This document shows positions 45,321 through 55,642 of a stretch of DNA of 64,000 nt, piece by piece. The notes under the pieces are model-generated. The model saw only the letters and a list, made by a program, of their open reading frames with translations, ran no database searches and was not told the origin of the DNA. The position numbers and the translations under genes were made by a program. The stretch lies in NCBI GenBank assembly GCA_034670345.1, contig JAXMNQ010000027.1, forward strand, positions 12,655 through 76,654, read 5' to 3'. This DNA comes from Paracoccaceae bacterium. Lineage in GTDB: Bacteria; Pseudomonadota; Alphaproteobacteria; Rhodobacterales; Rhodobacteraceae. Numbering within the stretch: position 1 is the stretch's first letter; each line of letters begins with the position of its first letter.

Positions 45321-46427
45321 TCAGTAGCGGGTGTCGAGGGGGAGCAGTCCGCCGGACATTGCATTGACTGTGGCGGTTTCCGGCGGGACGCCCGAAAGGT
45401 CGGCGCCGTTCACAAAGTCGAAGTCTGCGTGGTAGCCGGTCACCTTGAAGCCTCCAGGCGCCCGTTCGAGGCTCAACTCGACACGGCAATACATCATTGA
45501 TCCGGCGCTGTACCAACCGGGCAGGAAATATCCCGGGCCGGTCAGCGCAGCGCGCAGACGTTCCGGGGAATATCCCGCTGCGGGGACGCGTTCGCGCGCG
45601 ACGATCTCGGTTCCGGCGGCGTAGTATTCCGGGTCTGTCGCCCGTTTGACCAGGTCGGCGAAGTCATAGCCCTCGTCCACCATGTGATTGCGGTAGGTCA
45701 GCGTGTGACTGCTGATGCAGATCTGTTTCAGGAGGTGGTCGATCACGTCGCGCCGGTCGGCAAATATGGCTTCGGATTCCAGGTCGCGGCGCAGTTCGAT
45801 GTTCATCACCTTTGCTTCGCCCAGCGTATCCACATAGCGCATCCCGGCCGCGGGCGTGCCCAGCACAAGCGCCAGCAACTCTTGTGGCAAGGCGGCCCCC
45901 TCAGCCGTCACGGCCTTGTAGGAGCGGTCCGCCAGCAACTTGGCCACTTGCAGGGCGACGTTGAACACTTCGGCGTCTGAAGCTGATGGATTGGCGCCGT
46001 CGCGGATGAACGGGGAATGAAAGCCCAGCCGCGCTCCCGGCTCCAGCTGCCGGCTGGGGTAGGGGCTGTTGGCGCCGAAGGCCTGTCCGAACATGAAAAG
46101 AATGGCGCAAGAGGACAGGCATTCTTCGCCGGACCGCACGCGCGTGCCGAAATAGAAGGCGTTCTGCCCGTCTTCGGAGGCCTGAAGAAAGGCCAGCACC
46201 TCACCCAGCGACCCGCCCGGACTGTTCAGGCAGATGCGGGTCGCGAAGCCGTCCAGCAGATCCTCGTCCACGGCGCGAGTCAGGTCGCCTTTGTTGATCA
46301 TGCCCTCGAACAAATAGGCACAGTCACCCGGTTCGGCGGGCTGCAGCGGTGTCCATGTCCCTGCCTGCGCAATTCCGGCGAAGGTCAGGAGTGTCAGGGC
46401 GGCGAGGATGCGAAGAACTGCGGACAT
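45321..46427 (-). CDS. Secreted hypothetical protein with a ClpP/crotonase-like (COG3904-type) domain
   Basis: Signal peptide; CLNSPGGS, CLSSCAILFMFG, LGFHSP. Confidence 0.65.
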   Translation of the reverse strand: MSAVLRILAALTLLTFAGIAQAGTWTPLQPAEPGDCAYLFEGMINKGDLTRAVDEDLLDGFATRICLNSPGGSLGEVLAFLQASEDGQNAFYFGTRVRSGEECLSSCAILFMFGQAFGANSPYPSRQLEPGARLGFHSPFIRDGANPSASDAEVFNVALQVAKLLADRSYKAVTAEGAALPQELLALVLGTPAAGMRYVDTLGEAKVMNIELRRDLESEAIFADRRDVIDHLLKQICISSHTLTYRNHMVDEGYDFADLVKRATDPEYYAAGTEIVARERVPAAGYSPERLRAALTGPGYFLPGWYSAGSMMYCRVELSLERAPGGFKVTGYHADFDFVNGADLSGVPPETATVNAMSGGLLPLDTRY

Positions 46428-46509
46428 GCAAAGGGCCTGTCTGTTGAAAAGACAGGCCCATGATGCCGCCGCCAAAGGGCATGGCGCAACAGTTTCGTGT
46501 CGCCCTGGC

Positions 46510-46938
46510 TCAGGCGATCTCGACCAGTTCGATGTCGAAGGTCAGATCCTTGCCCGCCAGCGGGTGGTTGGCGTCAATCGTGACGGTTTCCTCGGACATG
46601 GCGACCACGGTGACCGGCAGGGTCTGGCCGTTGGGTGCCTGCACCTGCAACTGCATCCCCAGTTCCAGCGGGATTTCCGGCGGGATCTCTCCGCGCGGGA
46701 CGTCCTGCTTGGCCTCGGGGTTGGTCGGGCCGTAGGCGTCGTCCGCCGGAACGGTGACAACCTTCTTGTCGCCCACGGCCATGCCGGGGATCGCCTTGTC
46801 GAGGCCGGGGATGATCTGGCCGGAGCCGACCTCGAACTGCAGCGGGTCGCGGCCCGCGCTGCTGTCGAAGGTGGTGCCGTCGTCGAGGGTGCCGGTGTAA
46901 TGAAGGCTTACGGTATCGCCGGTCTTGACCTGCGTCAT
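46510..46938 (-). CDS. FKBP-type peptidyl-prolyl isomerase (SlyD/FkpB-like)
   Basis: VSLHYTGTLDDGTTFDSS, GQIIPGL, DANHPLAGKDLTF. Confidence 0.93.
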   Translation of the reverse strand: MTQVKTGDTVSLHYTGTLDDGTTFDSSAGRDPLQFEVGSGQIIPGLDKAIPGMAVGDKKVVTVPADDAYGPTNPEAKQDVPRGEIPPEIPLELGMQLQVQAPNGQTLPVTVVAMSEETVTIDANHPLAGKDLTFDIELVEIA

Positions 46939-47126
46939 GGGATCTCCTGTCATGTGGGGGGGGTGATTGGATGAGGCCGGGATCGTTCCGGGTGCTCCGA
47001 TTTCGCCTAATTTAGGCCCGCGCGTGCTGGATTGCAAAGGAGGATCTGCGGCTTTTCCGCCCGGAAACGGGGTTTCCGCTGCCATCGGGCCGTGTCAGGG
47101 TGGCGGCAAAACGGAAAAAGGGGGCG

Positions 47127-47807
47127 ATGATGGCCATCAAGGTTTGTGTCTTCGATGCCTATGGCACGCTGTTCGACGTCGCCGCGGCGGCCCGGGTTGC
47201 GGCAGAGGAGCCGGGGCGGGGGCAACTGGCAGAAGTCTGGCCGCAACTGGCCGCCGACTGGCGTGCAAAGCAGCTGGAATACAGTTGGCTGCGGGCGGTG
47301 ACGGGCGACTATGTGCCGTTCTGGGAGGTGACCAAGGACGGGCTGGACTGGGCGATGGAACGCGCCGGGCTGGACGATCTTGAACTGCGCGAACGGCTGC
47401 TGGCGTTGTACTGGGAACTGCCCGCCTATCGCGAGGTGCCGATGATGCTGGCCCGTTTGAAGGCGCAGGGCGTCGCGGCGGCGATCCTGTCCAACGGCAA
47501 TCGTGACATGCTGGACGGCGCGGTTGACAGCGCCGGGATCGGGGAGTTCCTGCAGGCGCTGTTGTCAGTGGAGCAGGTGGGTATCTTCAAGCCGGCCGCC
47601 GTCGTCTATGACCTTGCGGGCGCGGAATTTGGCTGTACGCGTGACCAGGTCCTGTTTGTCTCGTCAAATGGCTGGGACGCCTGTTCGGCGGCGGCCTATG
47701 GGTTTCAGACCGCATGGGTGAATCGCATGGGTCTGCCGATGGACCGTCTGATGGGCCAGCCGGATCATGTGCTGACCGATCTGACAACCATACCGGAGCT
47801 TGTGTGA
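47127..47807 (+). CDS. Haloacid dehalogenase type II
   Basis: VFDAYGTLFD, WRAKQLEYSW, ILSNG, FKP, VSSNGWD. Confidence 0.9.
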   Translation: MMAIKVCVFDAYGTLFDVAAAARVAAEEPGRGQLAEVWPQLAADWRAKQLEYSWLRAVTGDYVPFWEVTKDGLDWAMERAGLDDLELRERLLALYWELPAYREVPMMLARLKAQGVAAAILSNGNRDMLDGAVDSAGIGEFLQALLSVEQVGIFKPAAVVYDLAGAEFGCTRDQVLFVSSNGWDACSAAAYGFQTAWVNRMGLPMDRLMGQPDHVLTDLTTIPELV

Positions 47808-48628
47808 TGCCGCGTTTTGAAACTTCGGACGGATTGTCCCTGTTCTATCGTGACGAAGGGGAGGGCCTGCCGCTGCTCTGCCTTGCCGGGCTGACGCGCG
47901 ACGGGCGCGACTTTGACTTTGTCGCGCCGCATCTGGAAGGAGTGCGCCTGATCCGCCCGGATTACCGCGGACGGGGACAGTCGGACTGGGGGCCGAAGGA
48001 GACCTACCAGATCCCGGTCGAGGGTCGGGATGCGCTGGAATTGCTGGATCATCTGGGCATCAAAAAGGCGGCCATTCTGGGCACCTCGCGCGGCGGGTTG
48101 ATCGCCATGGTGCTGGCCGCGACGGCCAAGGACCGGCTGCTGGGGGTGGCGCTGAACGACATCGGCCCGGAGATTGCAGCGCCGGGTCTGAAATACATAG
48201 AAGGGTATCTGGGCCGCAAACCGCCGCAAAAGACCCTGGCAGAAGTGGCAAAACGCCGGGCCGAGGTCATGACCGGGTTTGTCGGTGTCCCCGAAAGTCG
48301 CTGGATGGAAGAGGCGGAACGGCTGTTTGTGCAGACGCCCGAGGGGCTGGAGCTGCCCTATGATGCCGCGCTGCGCGAGGCGGTTCTGGAAAGTGGCGCC
48401 AACCCTGCGCCGGACCTCTGGCCGCTGTTCGACGCCCTGGCCGGTCTGCCGCTCTGCGCGCTGCGGGGCGAGAATTCGGACCTGTTGACGGCAGAGTGCT
48501 TTGCCGAGATGCAAAAGCGTAGGCCCGACATGATCGCGGTCGAGGTCGAGGGACGCGGGCACATCCCTTTCCTCGATGAGCCGGAATCGCTGACGGCCCT
48601 GCGCAAGTGGCTGGCGATGCTGGGGTGA
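47807..48628 (+). CDS. Alpha/beta hydrolase
   Basis: AGLTR, DYRGRG, GTSRGG, NDIGP, RGHIPFL; TGATG overlap. Confidence 0.9.
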   Translation: MPRFETSDGLSLFYRDEGEGLPLLCLAGLTRDGRDFDFVAPHLEGVRLIRPDYRGRGQSDWGPKETYQIPVEGRDALELLDHLGIKKAAILGTSRGGLIAMVLAATAKDRLLGVALNDIGPEIAAPGLKYIEGYLGRKPPQKTLAEVAKRRAEVMTGFVGVPESRWMEEAERLFVQTPEGLELPYDAALREAVLESGANPAPDLWPLFDALAGLPLCALRGENSDLLTAECFAEMQKRRPDMIAVEVEGRGHIPFLDEPESLTALRKWLAMLG

Positions 48629-48640
48629 TCCGGCACTTTT

Positions 48641-48700
48641 GGGGGGCGGAGGGTGACGCTCTTTCGCCCTTCGGGCTCAACTCGCCCCACCCACCGTCCC
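48641..48700. repeat. REP-like GC-rich stem-loop between convergent genes
   Basis: GGGGGGCGGAGGGTG..CACCCACCGTCCC outer arms with an inner GCCC-TTC-GGGC hairpin. Confidence 0.45.
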
Positions 48701-48713
48701 TTGGGCCGCGCGC

Positions 48714-49625
48714 TCAATCCGTAAGGTTGAAGACCCGCGAGGGGTGCAATTCGCCCGCGCGGTAACGGCCCACGGCCAGCGGCTTGCCCTCGAAAGAGGC
48801 CCATGCCTCGTCGCCGTATTCAACGTCAGCGGCCAGAACCATGCCGGGATTGCCGTTGCGCAGGCGGGCAGCCCCCTGCGCGGTGCATTTGAGTTCCGGC
48901 AGGTCCGCTAGGCCCACCTCCAGCGGTTGCAGGTACGCGTCCAGTTCAGGCGTGCGCGCCAGTGCGTCGATCTGGTCCAGCGTGATCCCGTTCTCGGCCT
49001 CAAAGGGGCCGGACCAGAGGCGGCGCAGGCTGCGCACATGCCCGTAGCAACCCAGAACCCTGCCCAGATCGCGCGCGATGGACCGGACATAACCGCCCTT
49101 GCCACAGGTCATTTCCAGTTCGGCATGATCGGAATCGGGGCGGTCGGTCAGCACCAGTTCCTCGACCCAGAGCGGGCGCGCCTCGATCTCCATCTCCTCG
49201 CCGTCGCGGGCGCGTTTGTAGGCGCGTTCACCGTCGATCTTGACCGCCGAGAACTGCGGCGGCACCTGCATGATCTCTCCGACGAATCCGTTCAGCGCCT
49301 CCTTTATGTCCTCATCGGTCGGGCGCGCGTCGGACGAGGCAATCACCTCGCCCTCGGTGTCGTCGGTGTTTGTGGCCTGCCCGAAGCGCACGGTAAAGCG
49401 ATAGGCCTTCAGCGCTTCGGTGATATAGGGCACCGTCTTGGTCGCCTCGCCCAGGGCCACGGCGAGCACGCCGGTCGCTTCGGGATCAAGGGTTCCGGCA
49501 TGACCGGCCTTTTTCGCGTCCAGCGCCCAGCGGACCTTGTTTACCACGGCGGTGGAGGTCAGCCCTGCTGGTTTGTCAACGATGAGCCAGCCGGAAATGT
49601 CGCGGCCCTTGCGCTTGCGTGCCAT
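48714..49625 (-). CDS. truB: tRNA pseudouridine(55) synthase
   Basis: [42 protein letters not shown]. Confidence 0.97.
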   Translation of the reverse strand: MARKRKGRDISGWLIVDKPAGLTSTAVVNKVRWALDAKKAGHAGTLDPEATGVLAVALGEATKTVPYITEALKAYRFTVRFGQATNTDDTEGEVIASSDARPTDEDIKEALNGFVGEIMQVPPQFSAVKIDGERAYKRARDGEEMEIEARPLWVEELVLTDRPDSDHAELEMTCGKGGYVRSIARDLGRVLGCYGHVRSLRRLWSGPFEAENGITLDQIDALARTPELDAYLQPLEVGLADLPELKCTAQGAARLRNGNPGMVLAADVEYGDEAWASFEGKPLAVGRYRAGELHPSRVFNLTD

Positions 49626-49699
49626 GTGATGCCCTTGTCGCGGATGAGAGACGCGCGACCTAGCAAGTCCGCCGGAGCCTTGTCAATCGGGCCTGCCCG

Positions 49700-50056
49700 T
49701 CATTCGGCACCGAGTGCCGTGATGATGGCCTCGCGGACCGTGGCATCGGTAAGACCCGAATAGGGTTTCATGTTGTGGCCGGGGACCACGGCATCGGGGT
49801 TTTCGATGAAGGCGTCCAGCTGTTCCGCGTCCCAGGTGAAATCGGCGCGGCTCAATGCGTCGCTGAAACCGTAGCCGTCGATACTGCCCGCTTCGCGCCC
49901 GATGATGCCGTGCAGGTTCGGCCCGAGGCGGTTGTCGCCTTCGTCCTGCGAATGGCAGGTGCGGCAGTGGTTGTTGAAGGTCAGTTGTGGGTCGTCGTCC
50001 TGCGCGTGGGCGGCGGACGCGGTCAGCAGGGCCAGCGCGGTCAGATGCGGTTTCAT
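49700..50056 (-). CDS. Class I c-type cytochrome (c2-like)
   Basis: Signal peptide; CRTCH, GPNLHG, PGHNM axial Met. Confidence 0.9.
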   Translation of the reverse strand: MKPHLTALALLTASAAHAQDDDPQLTFNNHCRTCHSQDEGDNRLGPNLHGIIGREAGSIDGYGFSDALSRADFTWDAEQLDAFIENPDAVVPGHNMKPYSGLTDATVREAIITALGAE

Positions 50057-50172
50057 CGGGTTTCCTCCATTTTCCGTCAGGAGGAAAACCGTTTATCCGG
50101 GCAGGACGTTCCGGATCAGAATTGGCGTCGGCGGCCTGCCGCCTGCATCCTGTTGGTCAATCCGGTCCGCGC

Positions 50173-51885
50173 TCAGTCCCGCTTGCCTGCGAACCTCTCC
50201 TGCCAGTCCTCGCGCTCGGCGTCCGTGATCTTGCGGAAGGTCACCTCCGGCACGGCAAAGGCGTGACCTGCGGGCAGGGCTTGCAAAGCGGCGGCAATAT
50301 CTGTGGGCCAATCGTCAACATCGCTCTGCATGGCGGCGCGCAGGTCGGCGCAGGCGTCCGGGATGAACGGGTCCGAAATCACCGCGTAGAGCCGGATCAG
50401 GTTCAGCGCCAGCCGGATCTGCATCGCGGCCTGTTCCGGGTCCGTCTTGAAGGTGGTCCAGGGCGCGACCTCCTGCAGGTATTCGTTGCCCAGAACCCAT
50501 GCCGCGCGCAGGGCGCTCGCGGCCTTGCGGATCTCGACGGCCTCCATGTGGCGCTCGTATTCGCGGACTTTGTCGGTCAGATCGGCGAGCATCCTGGCCT
50601 CTGCCTCCCCGGGGGTGCCGCCCTCCGGCACCGCTTCGGAAAATTTCGAGCGGCAGAACTTGGTCACGCGGGAGGCAAAGTTGCCAAGCACGTCGGCGAG
50701 GTCCTTGTTCACGCCGGACTGGAAGGATGCCCAGGTGAACTCGCTGTCCGAGGTTTCCGGCACATGGGACAAGAGCCACCAGCGCCAGTAATCCGCCGGC
50801 AGGATGTCCAGCGCCTGATCCATGAAGACACCGCGCCCGCGCGAGGTGCTGAACTGGCCGCCGTCATAGTTCAGGTAATTGAAGGACTTGATATAATCGA
50901 CCAGCTTCCACGGCTCGCCGCTGCCCAAGATCGTGACCGGAAAGCTCAGCGTGTGGAAGGGCACGTTGTCCTTGCCCATGAACTGGGTATAGCGCACGTC
51001 GTCCGCGCCCTTGTCGGTGCGCCACCAGCGTGCCCAATCGTCGCCCTTGCCGGCCTCGACCCATTCCTGACTACAGGCAATGTACTCGATCGGCGCGTCG
51101 AACCAGACGTAGAACACCTTGCCTTCCATGCCGGGCCAAGGGTCGTCACCCTTCTGCACCGGCACGCCCCAGTCGAGGTCGCGGGTGATGCCGCGATCCT
51201 GCAATCCGTCGCCGTCGTTCAGCCATTTCTTGGCGATGGAAGTGGTCAGAACGGGCCAGCCGACACGGGTGTCGATCCATTCCTCGATCTGTTCCTTCAT
51301 GGCCGACTGGCGCAGATACAGATGTTTGGTCTCGCGCATTTCCAGATCGGTTGAGCCAGAGATGGTGGAATGCGGATTGATCAGGTCGACCGGGTCCAGT
51401 TGCTTGGTGCAGTTGTCGCATTGGTCACCGCGTGCGCTGTCAAAACCGCAGTTGGGACAGGTGCCCTCGATATAGCGGTCAGGCAGGAAACGCCCGTCCG
51501 CGCTGGAATACATCTGCGTCTCGGATACTTCGCGGATCAGGCCCTGCTCATCCAGAACCTTGGCGAAATGCTGGGTCAGCTTGTGGTTCTGCTTGGACGA
51601 GGAGCGGCCGAAATGGTCAAACGACAGGCGGAACCCCTCGGCCAGTTTCGACTGAACCTCCCACATCTCGGCGCAGTATTCTGCCACTGGCTGGCCCGCC
51701 TTGGCGGCGGCCAGTTCGGCGGGTGTGCCGTGTTCGTCCGTGGCACAAAGGAACAGCACCTCATGCCCGCGCGCCCGCAGGTAACGGGCATAAAGATCGG
51801 CGGGCAACTGGCTGCCGACGAGATTGCCCAGGTGTTTGATGCCGTTGATGTAGGGAATGGCGGAGGTGATGAGATGTCGTGCCAT
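50173..51885 (-). CDS. metG: Methionine--tRNA ligase
   Basis: [11 protein letters not shown] (HIGH), DEHG, Zn knuckle CPNC..CDNC, YVWFDA, GKDN, QFSTS (KMSKS variant). Confidence 0.97.
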   Translation of the reverse strand: MARHLITSAIPYINGIKHLGNLVGSQLPADLYARYLRARGHEVLFLCATDEHGTPAELAAAKAGQPVAEYCAEMWEVQSKLAEGFRLSFDHFGRSSSKQNHKLTQHFAKVLDEQGLIREVSETQMYSSADGRFLPDRYIEGTCPNCGFDSARGDQCDNCTKQLDPVDLINPHSTISGSTDLEMRETKHLYLRQSAMKEQIEEWIDTRVGWPVLTTSIAKKWLNDGDGLQDRGITRDLDWGVPVQKGDDPWPGMEGKVFYVWFDAPIEYIACSQEWVEAGKGDDWARWWRTDKGADDVRYTQFMGKDNVPFHTLSFPVTILGSGEPWKLVDYIKSFNYLNYDGGQFSTSRGRGVFMDQALDILPADYWRWWLLSHVPETSDSEFTWASFQSGVNKDLADVLGNFASRVTKFCRSKFSEAVPEGGTPGEAEARMLADLTDKVREYERHMEAVEIRKAASALRAAWVLGNEYLQEVAPWTTFKTDPEQAAMQIRLALNLIRLYAVISDPFIPDACADLRAAMQSDVDDWPTDIAAALQALPAGHAFAVPEVTFRKITDAEREDWQERFAGKRD

Positions 51886-51995
51886 TGGTGTCGCGCCTGT
51901 CCGTCCTGAGGTTTGCGCAGGGTTTAGCCCTCATGCGGCCTGAGGACCAGAGGGAGGGTGGCTTTGTCGCGATGGCGCCTTGACCGGCCAGTGCC

Positions 51996-53231
51996 TCAGC
52001 CCTTCTTGCTGTTGCGTTCGCGGCTGCTGGACAGCAGACGGCCGATCTGGAACGTCGAGCGCGGCGTATAGATATAGCGGGTGCGTGCGGTCGACCTCCG
52101 GCCGCTGCGCATCCGGAACAAGCCGAATACCACCAGCAGCGCATGTCCGATGGCAATCATGACAAACAGCGCGGGCGGGCCATAGGCCTCGATGAGGGCC
52201 GAAGCGACCCAAGGCGCGGCAATCGCGCCCACCGCGTACCAGAACATCAGCGCGGCCGAGAGCGCCACGCGCTCTTCGGCCTCTGCAAAATCATGGGCAT
52301 GCGCGGCGGCGATCGAAAAGATCGGAAAGGTGGTCAGGCCGAACAGCGCAGCCGTCAGCATGATCGCTGCGGTCGGCATGCCTGCGGCCAGTCCTGTCAG
52401 CGCACAGGCACCGACAGCCGCGATAGACAGCCAGATCAGCACGCGCCGCCGATCATAACGGTCGGCCAGCCAGCCAACCGGATATTGCGCCAGCGCGCCA
52501 CCCGCCACGAAAGAGGCCAGAAACAGGGCGATCTGCCCGGTCTCCAGCCCGACACCGGTGCCGTAAAGAGGGCCGACCATCCGGAAAGAGGCGCTGGACA
52601 GGGCGGCGACCAGCACACCCGCCACGGCCAGCGGGGACCGCGCCCATGCCAGACCGGGTGTCAGGCGCGGGGCGTCTGGCATCTCTGGTGGAACCAGCCG
52701 GGTCAACGTCAGCGGTAGCAAAGCCGCGCAGCAGATCAGCGCGAGGATCGTATAGCTGATATAATGCGCAGGCGGCAGGATCGAGATGATCATCTGCGCA
52801 CAAAGCGACGCGCTAATGTCGGCCAACCGGTAGGCCCCGGTGGCGCGGCCACGGGTCTCGTTTGTGACCTTGGCGTGCATCCATGCCTCGATCACCGTGT
52901 AACAACCGGCCACGCAGATCCCTTGTCCCACGCGCAGAACGCTCCAGACATAGGGATCGTCGCTGAGAATATGTCCCAGAATGCCGATGGTCCCCAATGC
53001 GGTAAAGGCGGCGAAGGCGCGCGAATGGCCGACATCGCCCATCAGGCGCGGCGCCCACCAACAGCCGATGAAGAAGCCGGCGAAATGGGCTGAGCCGAGA
53101 AAGCCGATTTCCTGGGTCGAAAAGTTCAGCGCCAGTCCCGACAACGCGTCCAGCGGGCCTACACCGCCCGACGAGAGCTGCAGCAAAATGACGGAAAGAA
53201 ACAGGGCGGCGAAGGAGACGATCAGGCGCAT
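51996..53231 (-). CDS. MFS transporter (YcaD-like)
   Basis: 12-TM pattern; VGHSRAFA, GWLADRYDRR. Confidence 0.9.
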   Translation of the reverse strand: MRLIVSFAALFLSVILLQLSSGGVGPLDALSGLALNFSTQEIGFLGSAHFAGFFIGCWWAPRLMGDVGHSRAFAAFTALGTIGILGHILSDDPYVWSVLRVGQGICVAGCYTVIEAWMHAKVTNETRGRATGAYRLADISASLCAQMIISILPPAHYISYTILALICCAALLPLTLTRLVPPEMPDAPRLTPGLAWARSPLAVAGVLVAALSSASFRMVGPLYGTGVGLETGQIALFLASFVAGGALAQYPVGWLADRYDRRRVLIWLSIAAVGACALTGLAAGMPTAAIMLTAALFGLTTFPIFSIAAAHAHDFAEAEERVALSAALMFWYAVGAIAAPWVASALIEAYGPPALFVMIAIGHALLVVFGLFRMRSGRRSTARTRYIYTPRSTFQIGRLLSSSRERNSKKG

Positions 53232-53333
53232 GTCGCCCTTGTGCGTCACGCGGGCCGGGATGTCAGGTGGGCTCGCGACATTTTCTGTGTCGTTTCGGTC
53301 TTTTCCTCTGGGCCGGAATAGGGGGGGACCGGG

Positions 53334-53948
53334 TCAGACCTCGGCGGGATCGGTCCAGCGTGTCAGCCGGTCGTGTTCCAGCCGCCAGACCTTGGGCGGC
53401 ATCATCCGGGCGCGCAACCGTTCGATCAGCCAAGCCTCGTGCCCCGGGGCATGGGCGGGATCGCAGGACAGTCGTGTTTCAATTCCCGGCGCGCCGCCTG
53501 TGCCCGGTGTCAGCAACAGGCCCAAGGGGCGGCAAAGGCCCGCTGTGGCCCCGGTTTCGGCGGCAAGGTGCAAGCGGCGCACCGGCGTCATGCCGGGTGG
53601 TTCTGCCAGATCGGCCACCACCACCGGCACCGCGCCGCTGCGCAGGGATTCCTCCATCGCCCAGAGACTGTCCTCGGGGCGGTCGGTGGCGACGAACAGC
53701 ACGTCGCCCGGGTTCATGATCCCGGCCATGCCGCAGGGGTTCATCTGATCGCTGCCATGGCGGCGGGTGATCCAGACCACCGGCCCGTCGGCCTGCGCCG
53801 CGATCCGCAGGGCCAGCATCCGCCGCGCCTGACCGCAGATCTCATGCACCCGCGCCAGCGGCAGGGTGATCTCCCCCCAGAGCCGCAGCCCGGGCGGCGG
53901 GGTATGCGGGCGGCGCGATAGCAGGGCGGAAGCAGAGGCCATTGTCAT
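53334..53948 (-). CDS. imuA: ImuA-like protein (inactive RecA fold)
   Basis: ARVHEICG, LWAMEESLRSGAV..VVA, RRLHLAAE; LexA box directly upstream. Confidence 0.8.
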   Translation of the reverse strand: MTMASASALLSRRPHTPPPGLRLWGEITLPLARVHEICGQARRMLALRIAAQADGPVVWITRRHGSDQMNPCGMAGIMNPGDVLFVATDRPEDSLWAMEESLRSGAVPVVVADLAEPPGMTPVRRLHLAAETGATAGLCRPLGLLLTPGTGGAPGIETRLSCDPAHAPGHEAWLIERLRARMMPPKVWRLEHDRLTRWTDPAEV

Positions 53949-53965
53949 GCGAGGCAGTGTAGCGT

Positions 53966-53980
53966 GTTCACATTTTGTTC
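53966..53980. promoter_or_regulatory. Alphaproteobacterial LexA (SOS) box GTTC-N7-GTTC
   Basis: GTTCACATTTTGTTC, 17 bp upstream of the imuA ATG at 53948. Confidence 0.85.
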
Positions 53981-54243
53981 TCAAGCGGTCATGCAAAACT
54001 TTCATACGCAACTTCAGGAATATGTGCTGTCAAAGCGTTTCCCGCATGTTCGTCTCGTCTGCGACACCGGAGAAAAGTTTCGGTAAGCCCGAGCCGGTTC
54101 AGTCGGCTTTGTCCTTGGCAACATGGTCAAACGCATCAAGCGGGCGGCGGACGCGAGACCGTAGAACTCGTGCCGGTTCCCCTTGCCATCCCGGCGGGGG
54201 GTGTCATCTTGCGTCCCGACGCGAACATCACACGGGACACCCC

Positions 54244-55290
54244 ATGAAAAAGAACCCTTTGGGCCGCAGCGGCCTGCAGGTGACCGAGCTTTGCCTTGGC
54301 ACCATGACCTTTGGCACCCAGACCCAGCCGGACGAGGCGCACCGCCAGATCGACCGTGCGCTGGACGCGGGCATCAACTTCATGGACACCGCCGAGATGT
54401 ACCCGGTGAACCCGATCCGGCCCGAGACGCTGGGTCGGACCGAAGAGATCATTGGGGACTGGTTCGCGGCCACGGGGCGGCGTGCGGAGTGGATCCTTGC
54501 CACCAAGCATTCCGGCGAGGGCAGCAAGGCACGGGACGGCGCGCCGATCTCTTCGACCACGATCCGGCCCACGATCGAGGCGGCGCTGAAGCGGTTGAAG
54601 ACCGATCACATTGATCTCTATCAATTCCACTGGCCGAACCGGGGCAGCTATATGTTCCGCAAGAACTGGCGCTTTGATCCCGCGCAATCGGGCTGGACGC
54701 GGGCGCAGGTGGTGGCCGACATGGAAGACTGTCTGGGCGCGCTGCAGGCCGAGGTCGAACGCGGGACGATCCGCGCCTTTGGCCTGTCGAACGAAAGCGC
54801 CTGGGGCACGCAGATGTGGCTGGAGACGGCGGAACGTGTGGGCGGGCCGCGGGTGGCGTCGATCCAGAACGAATACTCGCTGCTCTGCCGGATGGCGGAT
54901 ACGGATCTGGCGGAACTGATGACTTATGAAGATGTGGGCCTGTTGCCGTTCTCGCCGTTGGGGGCAGGGTTCCTGACCGGGAAATACCAGGGCGGGGCAG
55001 TTCCGGAGGCCTCACGGATGTCGCTGAACGAGGGCATGGGCGAACGCCGGACCGAGCGGGTCTTTGCGGCGGTCGCGGCCTATCTGGAGGTGGCGCGGGA
55101 GTTCGGCATTGATCCGGTCCACATGGCGCTGGCCTGGTCGGCGCGGCGGCCCTTTGCGGCGTCGTCGATCTTTGGAGCGACCCGGTTTGAACAGTTGGAG
55201 CATCTTTTGGGAGCCGTCGAGGTGGACCTGTCCGAAGAGTTGCTGGAGCGGCTGGATGCGGTCCACAAGGCGCATCCGATGCCGTATTGA
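54244..55290 (+). CDS. Aldo/keto reductase (Tas-like)
   Basis: LGTMTFG, DTAEMY, ATK, DLYQFHWP, GLSNE, IQNEYSLL, SPLGAG. Confidence 0.92.
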   Translation: MKKNPLGRSGLQVTELCLGTMTFGTQTQPDEAHRQIDRALDAGINFMDTAEMYPVNPIRPETLGRTEEIIGDWFAATGRRAEWILATKHSGEGSKARDGAPISSTTIRPTIEAALKRLKTDHIDLYQFHWPNRGSYMFRKNWRFDPAQSGWTRAQVVADMEDCLGALQAEVERGTIRAFGLSNESAWGTQMWLETAERVGGPRVASIQNEYSLLCRMADTDLAELMTYEDVGLLPFSPLGAGFLTGKYQGGAVPEASRMSLNEGMGERRTERVFAAVAAYLEVAREFGIDPVHMALAWSARRPFAASSIFGATRFEQLEHLLGAVEVDLSEELLERLDAVHKAHPMPY

Positions 55291-55297
55291 TCTTTTT

Positions 55298-55562
55298 GGG
55301 TCGGCCGGGGCCGGGACTCGCGCCCGTTCCGGGCGCATCGCCCGCCCGCCAACCCGACCGCGGCTTCGCAGTTTCCGCTTCGGGATTCACCAGTGAACAG
55401 ACACGCCTGTGCGTCAGACCCATCCCTCGCCGATTGATGCCGGAGACAGACGCCCGGGCGAGGCAAGGGCAAGCCGCGCCTTGCGCGGGGCTGCGCCCCC
55501 TTGCCACGCCCGGGCCTCCATCTCTTTCCGGCATCAGCGAGAGATGGCTCCGGCGAACAGGC
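55298..55562. repeat. Cluster of palindromic elements: a short REP-like hairpin and a long imperfect inverted repeat
   Basis: 55298-55365 GGGTCGG..CCAACCC hairpin; 55420-55547 arms CCATCCCTCGC..TGATGCCGGA..GCCCGGGCGAGGCAAGGG / CCCTTGCCACGCCCGGGC..TCCGGCATCAGCGAGAGATGG. Confidence 0.6.
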
Positions 55563-55642
55563 TGAGCGCCGGTCCGGGCGCAGCCTGGCAAACTCTCCAG
55601 TGGAGAGTTTGAGGCGCGAAGGGGCGGAGCCGGGGCCAGTGG

